The notes under the pieces: generated by a model | Database searches by the model: none | What the model was told of the DNA's origin: nothing | The model's input: only the letters and a program-made list of their open reading frames with translations | Position numbers and translations under genes: made by a program | From: Haliotis cracherodii | Taxonomy: Eukaryota | Length of the DNA: 64,000 nt | Assembly: GCF_022045235.1 (NCBI RefSeq) | Contig: NW_027266275.1 | Coordinates: 51,832,001 to 51,896,000 of the forward strand | Direction: 5' to 3' | Shown here: positions 32,852 through 47,800 of the stretch, piece by piece | Numbering within the stretch: position 1 is the first letter of the stretch | How the letters are laid out: each line of letters begins with the position of its first letter

Positions 32852-35800
32852 CTAGAATCTGCGGACTGTTCCTTGCTGCAAATAGCGTGCCTCTGGTTGT
32901 CTGGTTATTCCACCCATCATCATAAGGTTTGTGTTTTGTGGGGCAGTAGCCATGTACAGTCCTGGTCCCCCAATGTTGTTCATCAGATTTCCCCCCAAGT
33001 TGAACCCTCCTCCTCGGTCACTGTGTGTACTCTGGACGCCCATCCACCGGTCACCACCACTGGCTCCTCCTCGAGCTCCAGAGTTGTCCACAACACCATG
33101 GCCCCAGGACTGATCAATCTTGCTACGGTCTGTGGTATTTCCCCACGACTGACGCTGATTGGAATTAGCACCATCTGTAAATATAATAACTCATAAATAT
33201 GACAAACATGTTCAAAGAGTTGAGTGGGCTAATTATTGGTCTGTGTTTGATTGCAAATCGACAGTCAAATCTAACATGGCCAAACTCACTTGATATCATA
33301 CTAGATCCAGAATTATAATTCTTGCCACGTCTGTCATCTTGCACCCCAGAGCCACTTTGTCCCTGCCAGGTGTCACGTCCACTTGCTACAACCATCCTTG
33401 TGTCTGTAACCACAAACACTCATATTAGACTATAACAATGTTGTGGAATTGAAACAAGGCAGCCACATAAATACTGAAGTACATCTACCACCACCCCTCC
33501 AAATCCTTTATTTACATTCTTACCTCTATCTGATTTCCAGTCACTCCGAGAATCATGGCGTTGAGGTAATCTAGTGGTCCGTCTGTCATCATCTCTACCT
33601 TTGTTGAAATCTCGTCTGTTCTCATCCTGGCGATTGTGCGTCCGTGTGTCTCGTCTCTCATCTCTGGGGTTTCTAGTTTCAGAATATCTGAAGATAGGTA
33701 GATGCTCACAAATCCACATTAACCATAGCAGGTAGATTCACATAGATCTACATTTACTTAAGTTTAGTGGAATAACTAAACATCTGTACTTGATCCCCTG
33801 ATATTTCTTAAGGGTTAGTTATGAAATATCTTGTAAACAATCATTTGAGCCAGGCAAATCATTTGTTCATTGTACCAACAATTACTCAGGTCAATGGGGT
33901 ACGATGACACACAAAGTAACCACCCGACTGGAGTACTGTAGATCCCTACTTGGGCTATCCTTTAATAAACACAGAATTACCTCTGGGCTTCTCCAAAGCC
34001 GTCTCCATGTCGTTCTTCCCTCTCACGTCCATGTTGTGCTGGTAAATCCCTTCTATCATTTCGGTTAGAACCTCGAGTATCTGTATTACGACTATCTCGC
34101 CTCTCATACCGCTCCACTTTCCTATCTGCATTGCCACTGCGGTCAAAACGATTCTCTCGTCTGAAAAGAGGAAACAATCTTGATTGTTGTGCACTGAATT
34201 CCACTCATCAGAATAACACTTTCAAGTTGTTGTTTGCATACAAGGATGTTAAAATCATACATATGGTGACTTCATGTCAAAAGGACAACCAAGCTTTAAC
34301 TAATGAAAACTATAGGCTGTTTGTTACACACCTAGAATCACCGTAATTATCAAATCTATCTGACGTGGACCGTTTAGGGGGGCTGCTCCAGTAGTCGTCG
34401 TCATGCCGACCTCCACGACTGTCAAACGTTCTCTTTGCTGCTCTGCGTTGGTCATCTAATCTGTAAGTTGGAATCAACAAAATGTCTTTCACACTGGAAG
34501 CAGGGTGTTCAGTTAAATATCATGAATGATACATGAATGGCACATTAGAATTCTGTTTGTTCACATAGTAGTGAATATAAACAATAAAAAAAAAGAGTCC
34601 TATAAAACCTAACTTAGAGATAGACACCAGGGTCACTTATAATCATAAAAACTGATTAAGTCAGAATTTCCTACACACAAAAGGCCCCTTCTCTGTAAAA
34701 AAATCATTTATGGCAACCGTACTCATGATAATTATCTCATAGATAAGCTAACATCAGTACATTAAAATTTAAAAATATGACTTAATCATTCAAATAACTC
34801 ATAAACATCGTGAATATCAACAGTCTTTTCAATTCCCGGTTACTTATCAACATTTCCTGGCTGCTGCACATGGCAAGCACGCCGCCTTCTGACGGAAATA
34901 AATGTCTTAGTTTTTTATATTTACACAAAAGAGTTAACCTGGAACAATATTCATTGTATAATAATGAACATGATGAACTGTTGTGACTATTTGAAAATCC
35001 ACCAATAGTTCCTTCAATACTTTAAACATTACAGACAGAAAAAGAATTTTTTTTAAAATTTTTGCCAGCAACCTGTAACACTATTTACAACAGTTGCTAT
35101 TTTCATGATTTTATGTCTTATCACTTTGAATACCGTATTTTGATGTAATAATTAGAAATAGGGGGCTCTTATTAGAATATTATTTTGGTGATTTGAAAGA
35201 TAAATTTCATGGTTTATGCTGACAGCCTGAAATGTTTATATACAAGAGATACATTTTCCAGAATTTAATTGCCCATAATTAAGGGTGCATATAACACAAA
35301 AGTGTGTATTATACGCAAATAAATAAGTGTTGTGTACATTGATCAATCGGATGGGGTGCTTATTGGTATTGTGCACTAGCCAATATATTAGCAAATATCG
35401 CCGTGGGCGCTTATTACGTCGAATACGGTATATCTAATTATGATTAACACAAACATTGTCGAACACCTAGAAATCCGGTAACATCAGATTGTTGTCGCCT
35501 GCATGCCAATGAAATGAACAGCTGATCGTGATAAGTGAGTGAGTGACTATGGTTTTACGCCACTTTTAGCAATATTCCAGCAATATCACGGCAGGGGACA
35601 CCAGAAATGGGCTTCACACATTGTGCCCATGTCGGGAATCGAACCTGGGTCTTCGGCGTGACGAGCGAAAGCTTTAACCACTAGACTACCCGACCGACCC
35701 CCTGATCATGATAAGGTCTGCTAAACGAACTATAATTCTACACACAAATAATTCTTCCTGAACCAAACAATGAACAGAAATACAAAAATATAAATGTAAT

Positions 35801-38800
35801 CAGTATCTTATATTAGTTGACAATGCTCATTATCCAATAATATGAGGGCTGGTCAGCCTAGTTCTAAACCTAACAAACAAAACCAACAATTGTGAAAGTG
35901 TTTTTAATTTTATGTTTCAATATAATATCCCTGCATTTCAATACACTTCTCAAATTGACAGTGAAGCTTTTCAATTATAGTCATTCATGGCAGCTTTGAG
36001 GTCTTTGTTTTTGTCATAGCGCTTTCTACAGTTTAGGAAAAAGGTGAAATCATTTGGTGCCAGGTCTGGTGAGTTTGGAGGGTGAGGAATCTCTTCAAAC
36101 CCACATTCTCGCACAGCAGCCTTTGCAAGTCAAGGTGTGAAGGATGAGGCATTGTCATGAAAAAATAGAACTCCAGCAGTCAGCATTTTTCTTTGACAGT
36201 ATCTCTCAGGCGTTTAAGCAAATCAGCATAGTAGGCACCAGTAATTGTCTTTTGACTTTTTTAGTAATCAACAAGGATCACACCTTTTGCATCCCAGAAT
36301 ACATTATGCATGGCCATAACTTTCTTCACTAATCTTGAAGACTAGAATTTCTTTGATGCCAGCGAAGTGGACGTTTTGACTCGGGATTATAGTGGTAGAC
36401 TCATATTTCATCACCCGTTACCAATCTTTTCTTTCTATTTTTTTTAAATTTGACGAAATCCTCCTGCATTAGCTCTTTTCTGGCAATGAGAGTTCTTTTT
36501 TTCCTTAGTCACGATATGGCTGAAATATTGCCGATGTGACGTAAAGCATAAACTCACTCTTTTCCTTAAGATCAGAATTTAGAAAATTTAGCACCCAACA
36601 AGCAGATATCTTATTCATCTGTAAATGTTCATGAATAATAGTTTCAATGGATCCATGGCTTTGACCTGTGTCTTCCTCAAGTTCAGCAATGGTGATATGT
36701 CTATCTGACAGTATAAGTTTTTCTATTTCCTTGACTGAATCTTCATCGATGGAAGTTGAGGGACGTCCAAACCTACAGGCATCATCAAGGCTTGTCCTCC
36801 CAGCCTTTAACATAGCTGCCCAATGTTTAACTGTGGAATAGCTAGGGAACTTATCCTTGTACACTTGTGACATGTGGTCATGAATTTCTTGGGGAGTACT
36901 TCTCTCTAAAGTCAAAATCTTAATGACTGTGCGGTACTTGTTCTTTTCCATTTCTGGCTCCATTTGGACCCCTATCATGTTCAACTGGCTGTCACTAATA
37001 TACAAACAGCCTCAACAGACCAAATAACTTACAATGAACTACTCAAACAATGTACTACATGGACTAGTTCCCTTTGTTATGGCCCATTGTTGGCCCAAAA
37101 GTTTTGACCAGCTCTCGTATACACTTATTGTTAAATATTCACTCTGGAATAATTAAGTGTTCGAACATAGAATATGTGAGGATTTGTCAATGTATCCTAG
37201 CAACATTATTTGCAACATAATTTGAGTCACAACTAACGAAAATCAAATACGAAATATCTCTGACAATTAGCAAACTCTCATTGCTTTTTGACCAGGGGAG
37301 ATTTTCTCTCATAGGTAATTTTTTTTCAGGATAATCCAAGGATAAGCATGAAAAGTTGAATTCATGTAACATCATTAGTTTCTGAGAAAAATGTTGTCCC
37401 CAATGCTGACACTCTGCAATTAGTTGAAAACCACGGAGGAAAGGAACTCATCTATAAAAAGTGGCGGGGGACAATAAACCTACTTCGGCAGTGGGGCTGC
37501 TTACAAATGAAGTGTTCCTATCCAACCTTTATCTTGGCAAATCTTTTCAAATACTTGAGACTGTTGTATTTGTCTCCACACCAACACAATAGATGGCTAA
37601 CTCCTCCTCACCTTCGCTGTTCTAGCCTGAGTTGCTCAAGTCTCTCCCTCTCCAGTCTTTCTCGTTCCAGGCGCAGTCTTTCTGTTTCAATACGTTCTCG
37701 CTCAAGCTTCTCTCGCTCTTGTCTGTTTAAACAGATCAACACAGTAGTGTCATACACATTCAAAGAAGGAAAGGTGTGTGTTGGTTAATAAATAGGGCAG
37801 TTTACTGTCTATGTGTAGACACTGATAGCAACAGTAAGAACTCAAATACCCTACTTCTATTCCATGCACTATTTATAAATACCTCAGTTTATCTTTTTCT
37901 CTTTCAAGTCGAATAGCTTCCTCTCGCTGACGTAAGTGAATCTGCTTCTGTCTTGTTCGTTGTCTCTCAATTTCAGACAGTCTCCTTCTCTCCTCATCAC
38001 GTAGAGCACGCTCTTTTTGTCGGAGACGTTCTCGTTCTCTCTCAGCCTGGAACAGGAATCATGAAATGCATTATATATGTTGATGTCTTTAAATGAAATA
38101 CAACATTCTTCTTAAAATTTAACAGCAAACGAAGCAAGTTAAAAAATGGTGGGAACAAACCACATGCTACAAACTTACAGTGTACTTGACGACAAACATG
38201 TGAAAAAGAACAAACATATGTATGTAAGAATACCCAAGAAAATAAACACACCAATCTGTCATAAAACAAAAGAAAAGTTTGATAGCCACAACAAAGACAG
38301 AGAATAACGTTCAAAAACAACAGTGACGTGTAGGAACAGGTTTTCTTTCAAGGAATGATATTTCTAGTCATGTTATGGAAGGAAAACAGAAGGGAATGCA
38401 ATATATAATGAGGGTTTAAGTAAAAATTACTTTCTTTTTAAAATTTATATGGCAAATGTATATAATGAGCTTTTCACCTGTCAAATGATTGTTTTCATGA
38501 CCTACTTGCTGGGGACTAAACATATATTACAAAAGAGGAAAATTGCAGCAGAGGAGCTGTACCTTGATTTTCTCAAATGAAAGGATATCTTTTGGATCCT
38601 TGGACTGGGATCTGCCCAATTCAGATTTCTTCTCATCCTTTTCTGCACTTTCCTCTTTCTTCTGAGCTCCCTCTTCTGTCTTTGCAGTCTTCTCTTTTGG
38701 CTTCTCATCTTTCTTCTCTTCGGGTTTCTTTTTCTCTGATGAACAGATATTTGGGAGTATGAGAGTGAACGGTAAAACTATACAAGAATATGGCAGCAAT

Positions 38801-41800
38801 ATCCTGTTAAGCCAAATGCATCATGGCCTTATAGCTGAACTAGGTACTACACTTTTTGGGGTATGACGACATCAAATTTGAATGTTGCACTTCATGTGTT
38901 GGCCGATCAAAGATCCATCTATACCAAACATATCCTTGTGGATGTCATACCAGCATCTTGTGATCAATATAATTAGAACCTATGACATCCTGCTAGGAAT
39001 TATACAACTTAGACCATGACCTCTTCTTATGACTCTTCAGATCAACATCCACTGGTGACGAGTTGATGCAGTTTCCACATTTAGGGGCATCCTGGGCCCA
39101 CTTGCACAAAGCGATCTTAGTGCTAAGATGATTGTAACTCCCATACTATAACATAGGCTCATGGTAGTCTTGGCACTAATATCGGTTTGTGCAAGTGGGC
39201 CCTGAAGTCCTTCAGGTTTTCTCCTATGGTATTTGAATCCCCATACTCCCTCCCTCTATCATGACTTTTAACATAATGTATATGAGAGGGACCCTTTGAC
39301 TTACCAGCTTAATTTCAAACACTGTCAACAACATAACAACATATTTGGTCCTAATGAAAACATTCAGATCAACATCTGATAAAGAACAAACCTGCTGATT
39401 TAGGCGATGTTGTTGGATGTCTCTTTGCATCTGTGGTTGATGATCGTTTATCATCATGCTTCTTCTCGGGGCGTCTTGCTTCTTTTCTATCATGGTCATT
39501 ATGGTGTGGACGTCGACTGGACCGATTATCCCGGTTCTCAGGCTTCCTCTCATCTTTCTTCTCTACCTTCTTCTCTCCATCTTTCTTCTCCATCTCCTTC
39601 TTGTCTGCAAACAAACATGCTCTGTGTTGAGAGTAGCTTTTGTTTGCTTCTATATTCACTTGATGTTGATTACTGTCTGAAGGATGAATACCCAAGTATC
39701 ATCATACAAACACTGAATAGGAGAGTCCTAGGGAAGCTGACTTGGAAGTATTAACACCTACCTGCCGGTTTCTTTTCTTCAGTTTTTTTAACAACTGCCT
39801 TACTGGGTCCACCTGGTTCATTCTTTGCCTTGTAAAATAGAGGAGGTAATAATAAGACATACTGCTCAACTCTCAATTATGTTAGCTTTTATTCTTCCAT
39901 AGACCAAATTAAACGCCTCACTCAGCAATATTCCAGCTATATGACGGCAGTCTGTAAATAAGCGAGTCAGGTGCAGAAAATCCAGTGATTGACATCATGC
40001 GCATCGATTCACGCAATTGGAATACGATGACATGCATCAACCAAGTCAGCAAGCCTGACCACCCATCCCGTCAGTCGCCTCTTACGATAAACATAGTGGC
40101 ATTTTACGGCAAGCATGGGTTGCTGAAGACCTATTCTACCCCGGTTCTTCACGGGCATGTTACTGAACAATGTCACTGATTTCATATCGTCTACAGTTTT
40201 TTGGTGTTACTGACTAAATAAACAGTCTGAAGTTATTATTGCTGACTTATTTCTTTATAATTTACAAAACAATCAAAAAACAAAACAAAAAACAACAGTG
40301 TGAACACATAATGTAAAGCTATAAAAATTAACATTGTGCACACTGGATTTTACGTTTATACCTACATACACACATACATGAAAAATATGTTGAAGTCACG
40401 TCTTATTTAGATATATCGTAAGTAATCAGTGGGGTTCCGCATAGAGAATAGTAGAATAGTATATCTTTCTCAAGAAATTGGAGTAGAGGTATTCTTAAAA
40501 GTAACATGAGAATTGTAAGTTTCATATACTGTGTACTCTATACCCTTTCCACAGAGATCATCTTCCCATGCAGTTCGGTCCGATGTAAGTGCTGAATGCA
40601 CTTGGAGGCCTCTTCAGCTGATGACATTGTCACAAATCCATAGCATCGTGACCCTGGACTGCGAGCATTGGTCACAACCTTAGCTCCAATAACCTGCATG
40701 GTGAGAACAACATAGCCATTAATGTGTTCCTATTTTGTCAATATGGACGAGTGAGAGAGTAAATACTGCACTATCTATGTTGGTAATTTTACAAGCAGAA
40801 AATATCATGAAAGGTTCTGTAGGTAGCATATGTTCTTGACTTCGTGCACACTCAAATATAATGTGCCTCCCCTAGGGCATTCAGTATTTTTTTTAATACT
40901 ATGCGCAGAAAAGAAAATTGTATCCCTTCAGCGAATTCAGGTAAATGAACAGGTGATAAACTAGGCTAATAAAAAATTAAAATTTTAGATAAGACATCAC
41001 TAGACATACCGGTAATGATTTACCATTAAGATTGTATTTCTTGTTCTGATATGCATTGTTTTAAATGCTGAGATTAAGATTACCATGTGCTGTCTCATAA
41101 ACTTAGCCTGAAATCAATATGCTGTACCGTATTTTCTTGAGTATAGTGCGCACTTTTTTTTGAAAAAAACACAGCTGAGTAGAAGGGGGTGCGCATTATA
41201 CACGAATTATGAGTTTGGCATTATCACATTATGACATTACCGTGAGCACAAAACACCGGAAATACCATGTCAACAAATCCATACTGAAGTACGCAAAATA
41301 TTTATGTAATTACACTGTCTGTCTATAAAAAGTGTTCTTTGTATTTCTGGACTTATGTTTGTAACTTACTACATTAATTTTATTCAAAATTCCTTATAAT
41401 ATTGTTTTTATTAATTTCTGCGAAATCGTGTGTGAAGCGATCGGAAGATCGCGTAACTCACCGTTATTAACAGCAACCAAGGTCAGAATACCGCTATTGA
41501 TGCCTTGAAACGAACTTTAGTTGACAGAGAATGGATACATATATCATAAATGACACACTTTGACTCGTTAAAAGTCATATTTGTTTTTGTTTGATGATTC
41601 TATGTCAACATGAAATTCTCGCGCTCACATGATCACTTGGGCGTGAGCCTTGACGGTGACTGGTCAGACATGTTCCATGTAAAAAATAATACCCGGGAAT
41701 AGCAATCAGCTGCTTCGCTTAGGGTTATTATTATTTTAAATATGTTTAGTAAAGGCTGCATATAATTAAGAAAATAATGGAATATATTATTCCTGATAAA

Positions 41801-44800
41801 TAAAATAGTTTCAGATACAATTGTTGCCGATCCTTGCATTAAAAATCCTATAAAGTTATATCATTGGGTGTGTCTTGACCGAATCACCGGTCGATTCCAA
41901 GAAAACGTGTGTACAGCTGATTGCTGTTTCCGGCTTAGTTTACGAGAAAATACACACGGTAATCTTAATCCCTAGATATAAAATAATGCCTAGCAGAACA
42001 ATAATTACTATTTAAACGGTAAATAAACATGTCTGGTGATTTTTTATCTCAAATTTCGAATTTGTACTGACGAAGTAAGCATCCAAACTTCCATATGGAA
42101 CAATTTGACTCATCACCATCAAGGCTCCTGCAGTCGCAAAACCATTATGTAATAGTCAAACTACAATGTTTTTGATATATGTATTCATTCTGTCAACTAA
42201 AGTTTGTTTCAAGGCACCGGTGAGTTTGTGTGATCTGTCGTAACTTCACACACAATTTCACCGAAATTAATGTCAACAATATTAAATGAAATTTTGAATA
42301 AAATGAATAAAATAGATTTCGAACATTTCCAGACATAAAATCAACAATCATGACAATGATACTGAAAAAATATTCTCACCTTTCCATATTTGCTGAAAAG
42401 TGACTTGAGATCTGTGGCTCTAGTTGACGATGCCAGGCCACTTACCCACAGGTTGCGACTATGCTGGTTACCTAGGTAATGAAATTGAATTTCATAGTTA
42501 CTAACTTTTCCTTTTACAATTTCATCCTATCTTCAAACTCAAACAGTAAGTTATTCGCTACACACTAGAAATGTTACCCTTCCTTATCAACAACAATCAT
42601 GAACAAAGCATATGCATGTCACACTTACTCTTAATTGCTTTCTCCTTGCCTTCCTTGCCCTCAGAGCTACAATAGATAAAAGTGGGGAATCTATGTTGAA
42701 AATGATAACATGACAGAATAATTAGTGAAATGTATACAGAAGAATGAGCAAAGAAGTATGTACTTTGAAAGAAAACAGTGTAAAGACTGACAGGTCTTGA
42801 GAATTTATTCTTTTAACATGCTGAAGACCTTCATCCTGGTTATATTCTTTCAAGAATAAATTACATGTTACCGTTTTACTGTCAAGAACTGTCAAGAACA
42901 CGTTTCAAATGTCATGATATGAAAGGACTGGATAACAACTCCCTGCCAGGTAAATATTCCAGTGTACACTTTTCTCTAAGCATAATGCTGACTATATTGG
43001 GTATTCAATCAAAGCAAATCACCTTCAACCTCAAGTCAGACAGATTTTTCTGAGTTTAGCTTAAAACCAACAAATAAACTAATCATGACCCTTTACCGAA
43101 GTGAAATCAGTGATTGATCACTTATGTAAAATAGTAAATGAAGAGGAAGAATGTTTTTATCATTACAGGGAATGAAACAGAAAATCCCTTCACGGTGAGC
43201 ACCAGACAATAACACTCAATGAAAGCAAAGGGAACCTTGTGCAGCCAGACATCATTCCTAGGGAAGGAAACCAAATCTGATGACAATAAAAGCTGGTTTT
43301 CTGCTGTCACTTCGACAAAGACTTGCTCATGCTTGCTTCAGATGACCGAGATGATTATCTCACTCTTCAATTTCTTCATTTTACAAAAACCTTTTCTCTT
43401 ATAGATTAACAAATTAATGGCTCTGAATTTACTTCTCTTCAAAAGTATTTTTTTTAACTTGGGATGTTGCTGCTTTACATCCTGGATCGAGTGAAATGTG
43501 GAACACAGGAAACTTAGAAGCATCTAATGGAGGACAGCTAATGCCAAAGAATACCTTAACTCATTGGTGTAAGCCAACTTCAACATAACTGAAGCAGCTC
43601 AATTCAATGACAATCTCTTTCATCTGGTCGTTATGGCTAGTGAAAGCTGAGCGATCTTGCAGACGTTAGCATGATCAAGAAGACATCAATACAAACCAAA
43701 CCAACCTCTTGGCAGGTTTTGCATCTTCTTTTTTCTCTTCAGGTTTCTTCTCATCTTTTTTGTCAGCTAGCTTAGTTTTGTCTTCCGTCTTCACTTTGAC
43801 AGTCTCGCCTGCATCTCCCTTGGCCTCATCACTTGCTGTGGCATCAGCACCGGCAGCCTTCTCTCCTCCCTTTTCCTCCTTCAGATCTGCATCAATCTCA
43901 TTCACTTGAGTGTCATCAACACGCACATCAAAAGAATCATCCGTTGGTTCAAACAGGCCGATTTCATCCTTCGATGAGTCCTTTGCTGTAACCGTCTTTG
44001 TTGCTGCTGCTGGTGTTGCTCCTGCAGGTTTTACTGTTGCAGTTGATGCTGCTTTTGCTGCGGCAGCTCTAGGTGTGGATGACCGGGTGGCAGTCCTGGT
44101 CGGGGCCTTTTGGGCAGGTGTCTTAGCAGGTGTTGTAGTTTTGTCTGCCGCTCCACTCTTAGGTGCGGCTGCTGGCTTTGCTGCAGGGGATTTTGCTGCA
44201 GGCGTCTTTGCGGGTGTTGTCTTAGCAGTTGCCACCTTGGGTGTAGTTTTTGCTGCCACTGCTTTTGGTGTAGTTTTTGGTGCAGGTGTTGCTTTAGCTG
44301 CTGGGGTAGTAGCCTTGGTCTTTGCTGGTGTAGTGGGTTTAGTAGGGGATGGGGCAGGAACAGGGGCAGGAACAGGAGCAGGAACAGGAGCAGGAACCGG
44401 GGTGACTTCAGGAACCGTTACAACCTCAGTCAGTTCTTCAACAGTCTCGTCTTCCTCTGGTTCAGCCTCAGCCTCTGGCCCGGTTTCATCTATAATCTCA
44501 GTCTCCATCTCAGGCTCAGCATCTTCTTCAGGCCCAGGTTCACCTTCAGCTTCTTCCATCTCAACTTCACCTTCTGCTGTCCCTTCACCATCCCCTATAA
44601 ACTCCTCATCCAAGTCTACTATGGCATCATCCTCACCGACATCCATCGCCATTTCACCATCATCTTGAGGGGCTAGAGAAATTTTCAAGTTAAAACAAAT
44701 ATAGACCACATTACACAATGTCCATTTGATATCAAAACTCATACTCACCTTGTAATACAGAACTTACATCAGTTTTGTACAAGGAAACTGACATAAGACA

Positions 44801-47800
44801 GAAAGAATTAAACTAACTACTGATGAGTGGCCTTGAAGAAGTCCATATGGAGTCAATAAAATGTTCCTTCACTCATAGCTTCCCTTCCAGCTGAATCAAG
44901 TGTCTTGAGATGGAAGAAGAATACTCTTATCAGTCCATGCCAACAACAGTTGGTCTCAGGAACATCAGTTGATTCACAGACACAATCGTCTTCCCTGTTG
45001 TCTTTTACAAACTGTCCTGGCAAGACTACCAACTTGATCTTCTTTAAAAAGTCTGTTTCTTCACATACGATACGTCCATGTTTGTTGTTTCTAAGTGTCA
45101 GATCCATATTAAACACCACAGTAGCAGGACGTCCCATCAAGTCTTTCTCAGATTAAGTCTTTAATCTGTCCAAGTGATGTCTCAAATACTGTTCCTTCAT
45201 ACACAGTAATACCAATTGGTTACATGACAACCTAATGCCAAGGTATCCATCGGGTATGGTAGCTCCAGATTTCCCAAAGTCCAATGATAAAATAAAATAC
45301 CAGAGCCGATGATGCAGTTTGATGATGCCTTGTTCCATCCACAGCTGATACTATTTAAGATGTTTAAATATATGTGCATCTGCAAGTTATCACTTCTCTC
45401 AATTTAAAGACTACACTATCATTAAAAAGGTGTTAGAATAATTCTCTTTACGTACATAATCTCCTTTTTTATAAAGAACTTGACAAGCATTTATCCTGCA
45501 ATCTTCGGATAAAAAACATATGTTGTTGGTTAGTTATAAGAAGACTATTTGTCATTCTACTCTTTGAACCTGTCCCTCCCACTGATTGGCAGAAGCTTAC
45601 CTTCCCCTTCCACAGCCTCTGACACATCAACCTCATCCACTTCTCTGGTTACCTGAAACAAGTCCACAGTGTATATGGTGTATGTTAACAGGTGTTTACT
45701 TCATCCAACATGACTTGATACAGTGGAATAAACTGTCACATTTTACTGAGCTGAATTAACATAAGACTCCTAGTTCTGTTAATCACCATCAATCTTGACA
45801 CGAAGAAACCAAACAGGCCAATCTTCAGTACTTAAATATATCAATTCACTGTAATAAACACAGTTATGCTATCTCAGTAGTCAACCTGAGAGTAACCAAA
45901 GGTTTTCAAAAATTCATGTAGTTATGGCCAGAAACAGAATAGAGATTCAAAATGTTAAACATTAGCAGGCTGGTAGGAATGCTATAGAATGTAAAAATTA
46001 CACATTATAGTGTGAACAGTACATTCAACTGAACAACAAAAGGTCAGAAATGACAAACATTACAACAAATAAAAGTAAATGTTCAAGTAGTGCATTGGGC
46101 CTTAACAGCTGATGTCACCATCATAATCTCATGTCAGTGATTACGAATTACAAGTTCAGAAAAAGGATATCTAAAATTCAAAATTACCTCCGGTTCCACC
46201 AATTCTTGACCAGAAGTATTTTCAATTTCACTTTCTGTTTGAACCTCATTCTCAATGACATTATCTACTGTCTTGAGCTCTAGTTCATGTTCAACATGTT
46301 CAACTTGTTCAATGTCAGTCTGCAAGACAACAGGCAACATGCAATAATGAAGCGACATGTAAACCAGCAGATGGGACCTGATGAATATTCAGCTTCATCA
46401 GATCTATCAGTAAGCATATAACAATTAGAACTTCACAACACACATAGTCCTTGACATGCCCAATACAGTACAACTTGGATACAAAGTCAATCATGCTTCA
46501 TAATCGGTGTTGTACACAAGCTTTTATGTATGCTCAACTAAACACTGAGTGACCCTGACCATTGATGTCATCCAATAAACTACAGGAACTATACTTTGGT
46601 GGTGTCAAAAATGTCCTTATCAAACTGCCAATACTTTCTGAATGAAACTATTTACATGTCATAACATGAGGGAATTGTTTTCATATTGACTTTCAGCGAA
46701 CACTTTAAGCTGGGTTCTTTCCACGATATCTGATTTTCCCCATACTTTTTTGGCCTTGTTCTGACAACACTTCTAAACAAAGCCAGATGTTAAAAACAAA
46801 ATTTTAAGTACTTCACCTTCAATCTCAGCCAATCACTTACACTCAAGTTATCAAGTTAAAGCGAATCTGCAGCATCATGAAAAGTGTTTTCATGAGGGAC
46901 GACTGTATATAAGCTTCCCATAACATAGGCTAAGACTACAAGAACATGCAGTATTCTACTCAACTTATGATTGTGATGAGATATGTCTTCCTATTTAAAC
47001 AAACACTTGACATATTATGAGAATCAGTTTTGTGTATCATGGAGAGATTAAATTATCTCTATCAAAAGTGGAGTAGCATATCAATCTATGTCAGAAGAAC
47101 AGCAGCAGAACGACACGAAAATATATAAATATGTGCAAAGCAATTCAGCAAACAACATTTTACTAAATGCATATCTCCTATGCAACTAAAGCCAATAACT
47201 ATTTACGGGTGCATTCATAAAACAACATCTGTGAATTGTAAGTTTTCCTATTGTCTAACCAGTATCTGTTGTTTAACCAAAAATAGTTTCCCCAGGACTA
47301 GTAAACTGTAATGTCGAGTGAGTGAGTGAGGTGAGTGAGTGAGGTGAGTGAGGTGAGTGAGGTGAGTGAATCTTAAGTCACTGATCAACATACTAATGTT
47401 AGGCGTATAAGACACTTTAACATCTAAACAATGTACTCGAGGTCGTCTTCTACCCACATGAACATACTCTTTCAAGTATTACAGGTCTCTTATGAATGCA
47501 CCACTGACATCTCACACAACACATGCATGGTTAAAGAGTAACTCATCTTCCTGAGCCAAGGGAGTAAACTGATTGTAAAACTCAAGTTTCCACCCTTGCT
47601 GAACTAGGCAGGAATTCCGTTGCTTGATTGTAGCACCACCAGTGACTACTACAAGTTATGTCCCTCCTATTGACCAATCAGATTCCAGCTCTCATATCAC
47701 TTGCATTTGCTTCAAACAAAATGGTGCCCAGTCAAGGCGATCTGATCAATAATAAAAATCTTTATTGTAATATGATTTAAAATATTTAACTAAAAAAAAG

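Noticed and set aside
35536-35701. Functional tRNA gene
   Set aside because: A and B boxes are present, but they are followed by a SINE body and (ACTC)n tail and flanked by a TSD.
43910-44676. Plus-strand ORFs of 252 and 188 aa
   Set aside because: Antisense shadows of the low-complexity SAFB exon 7.
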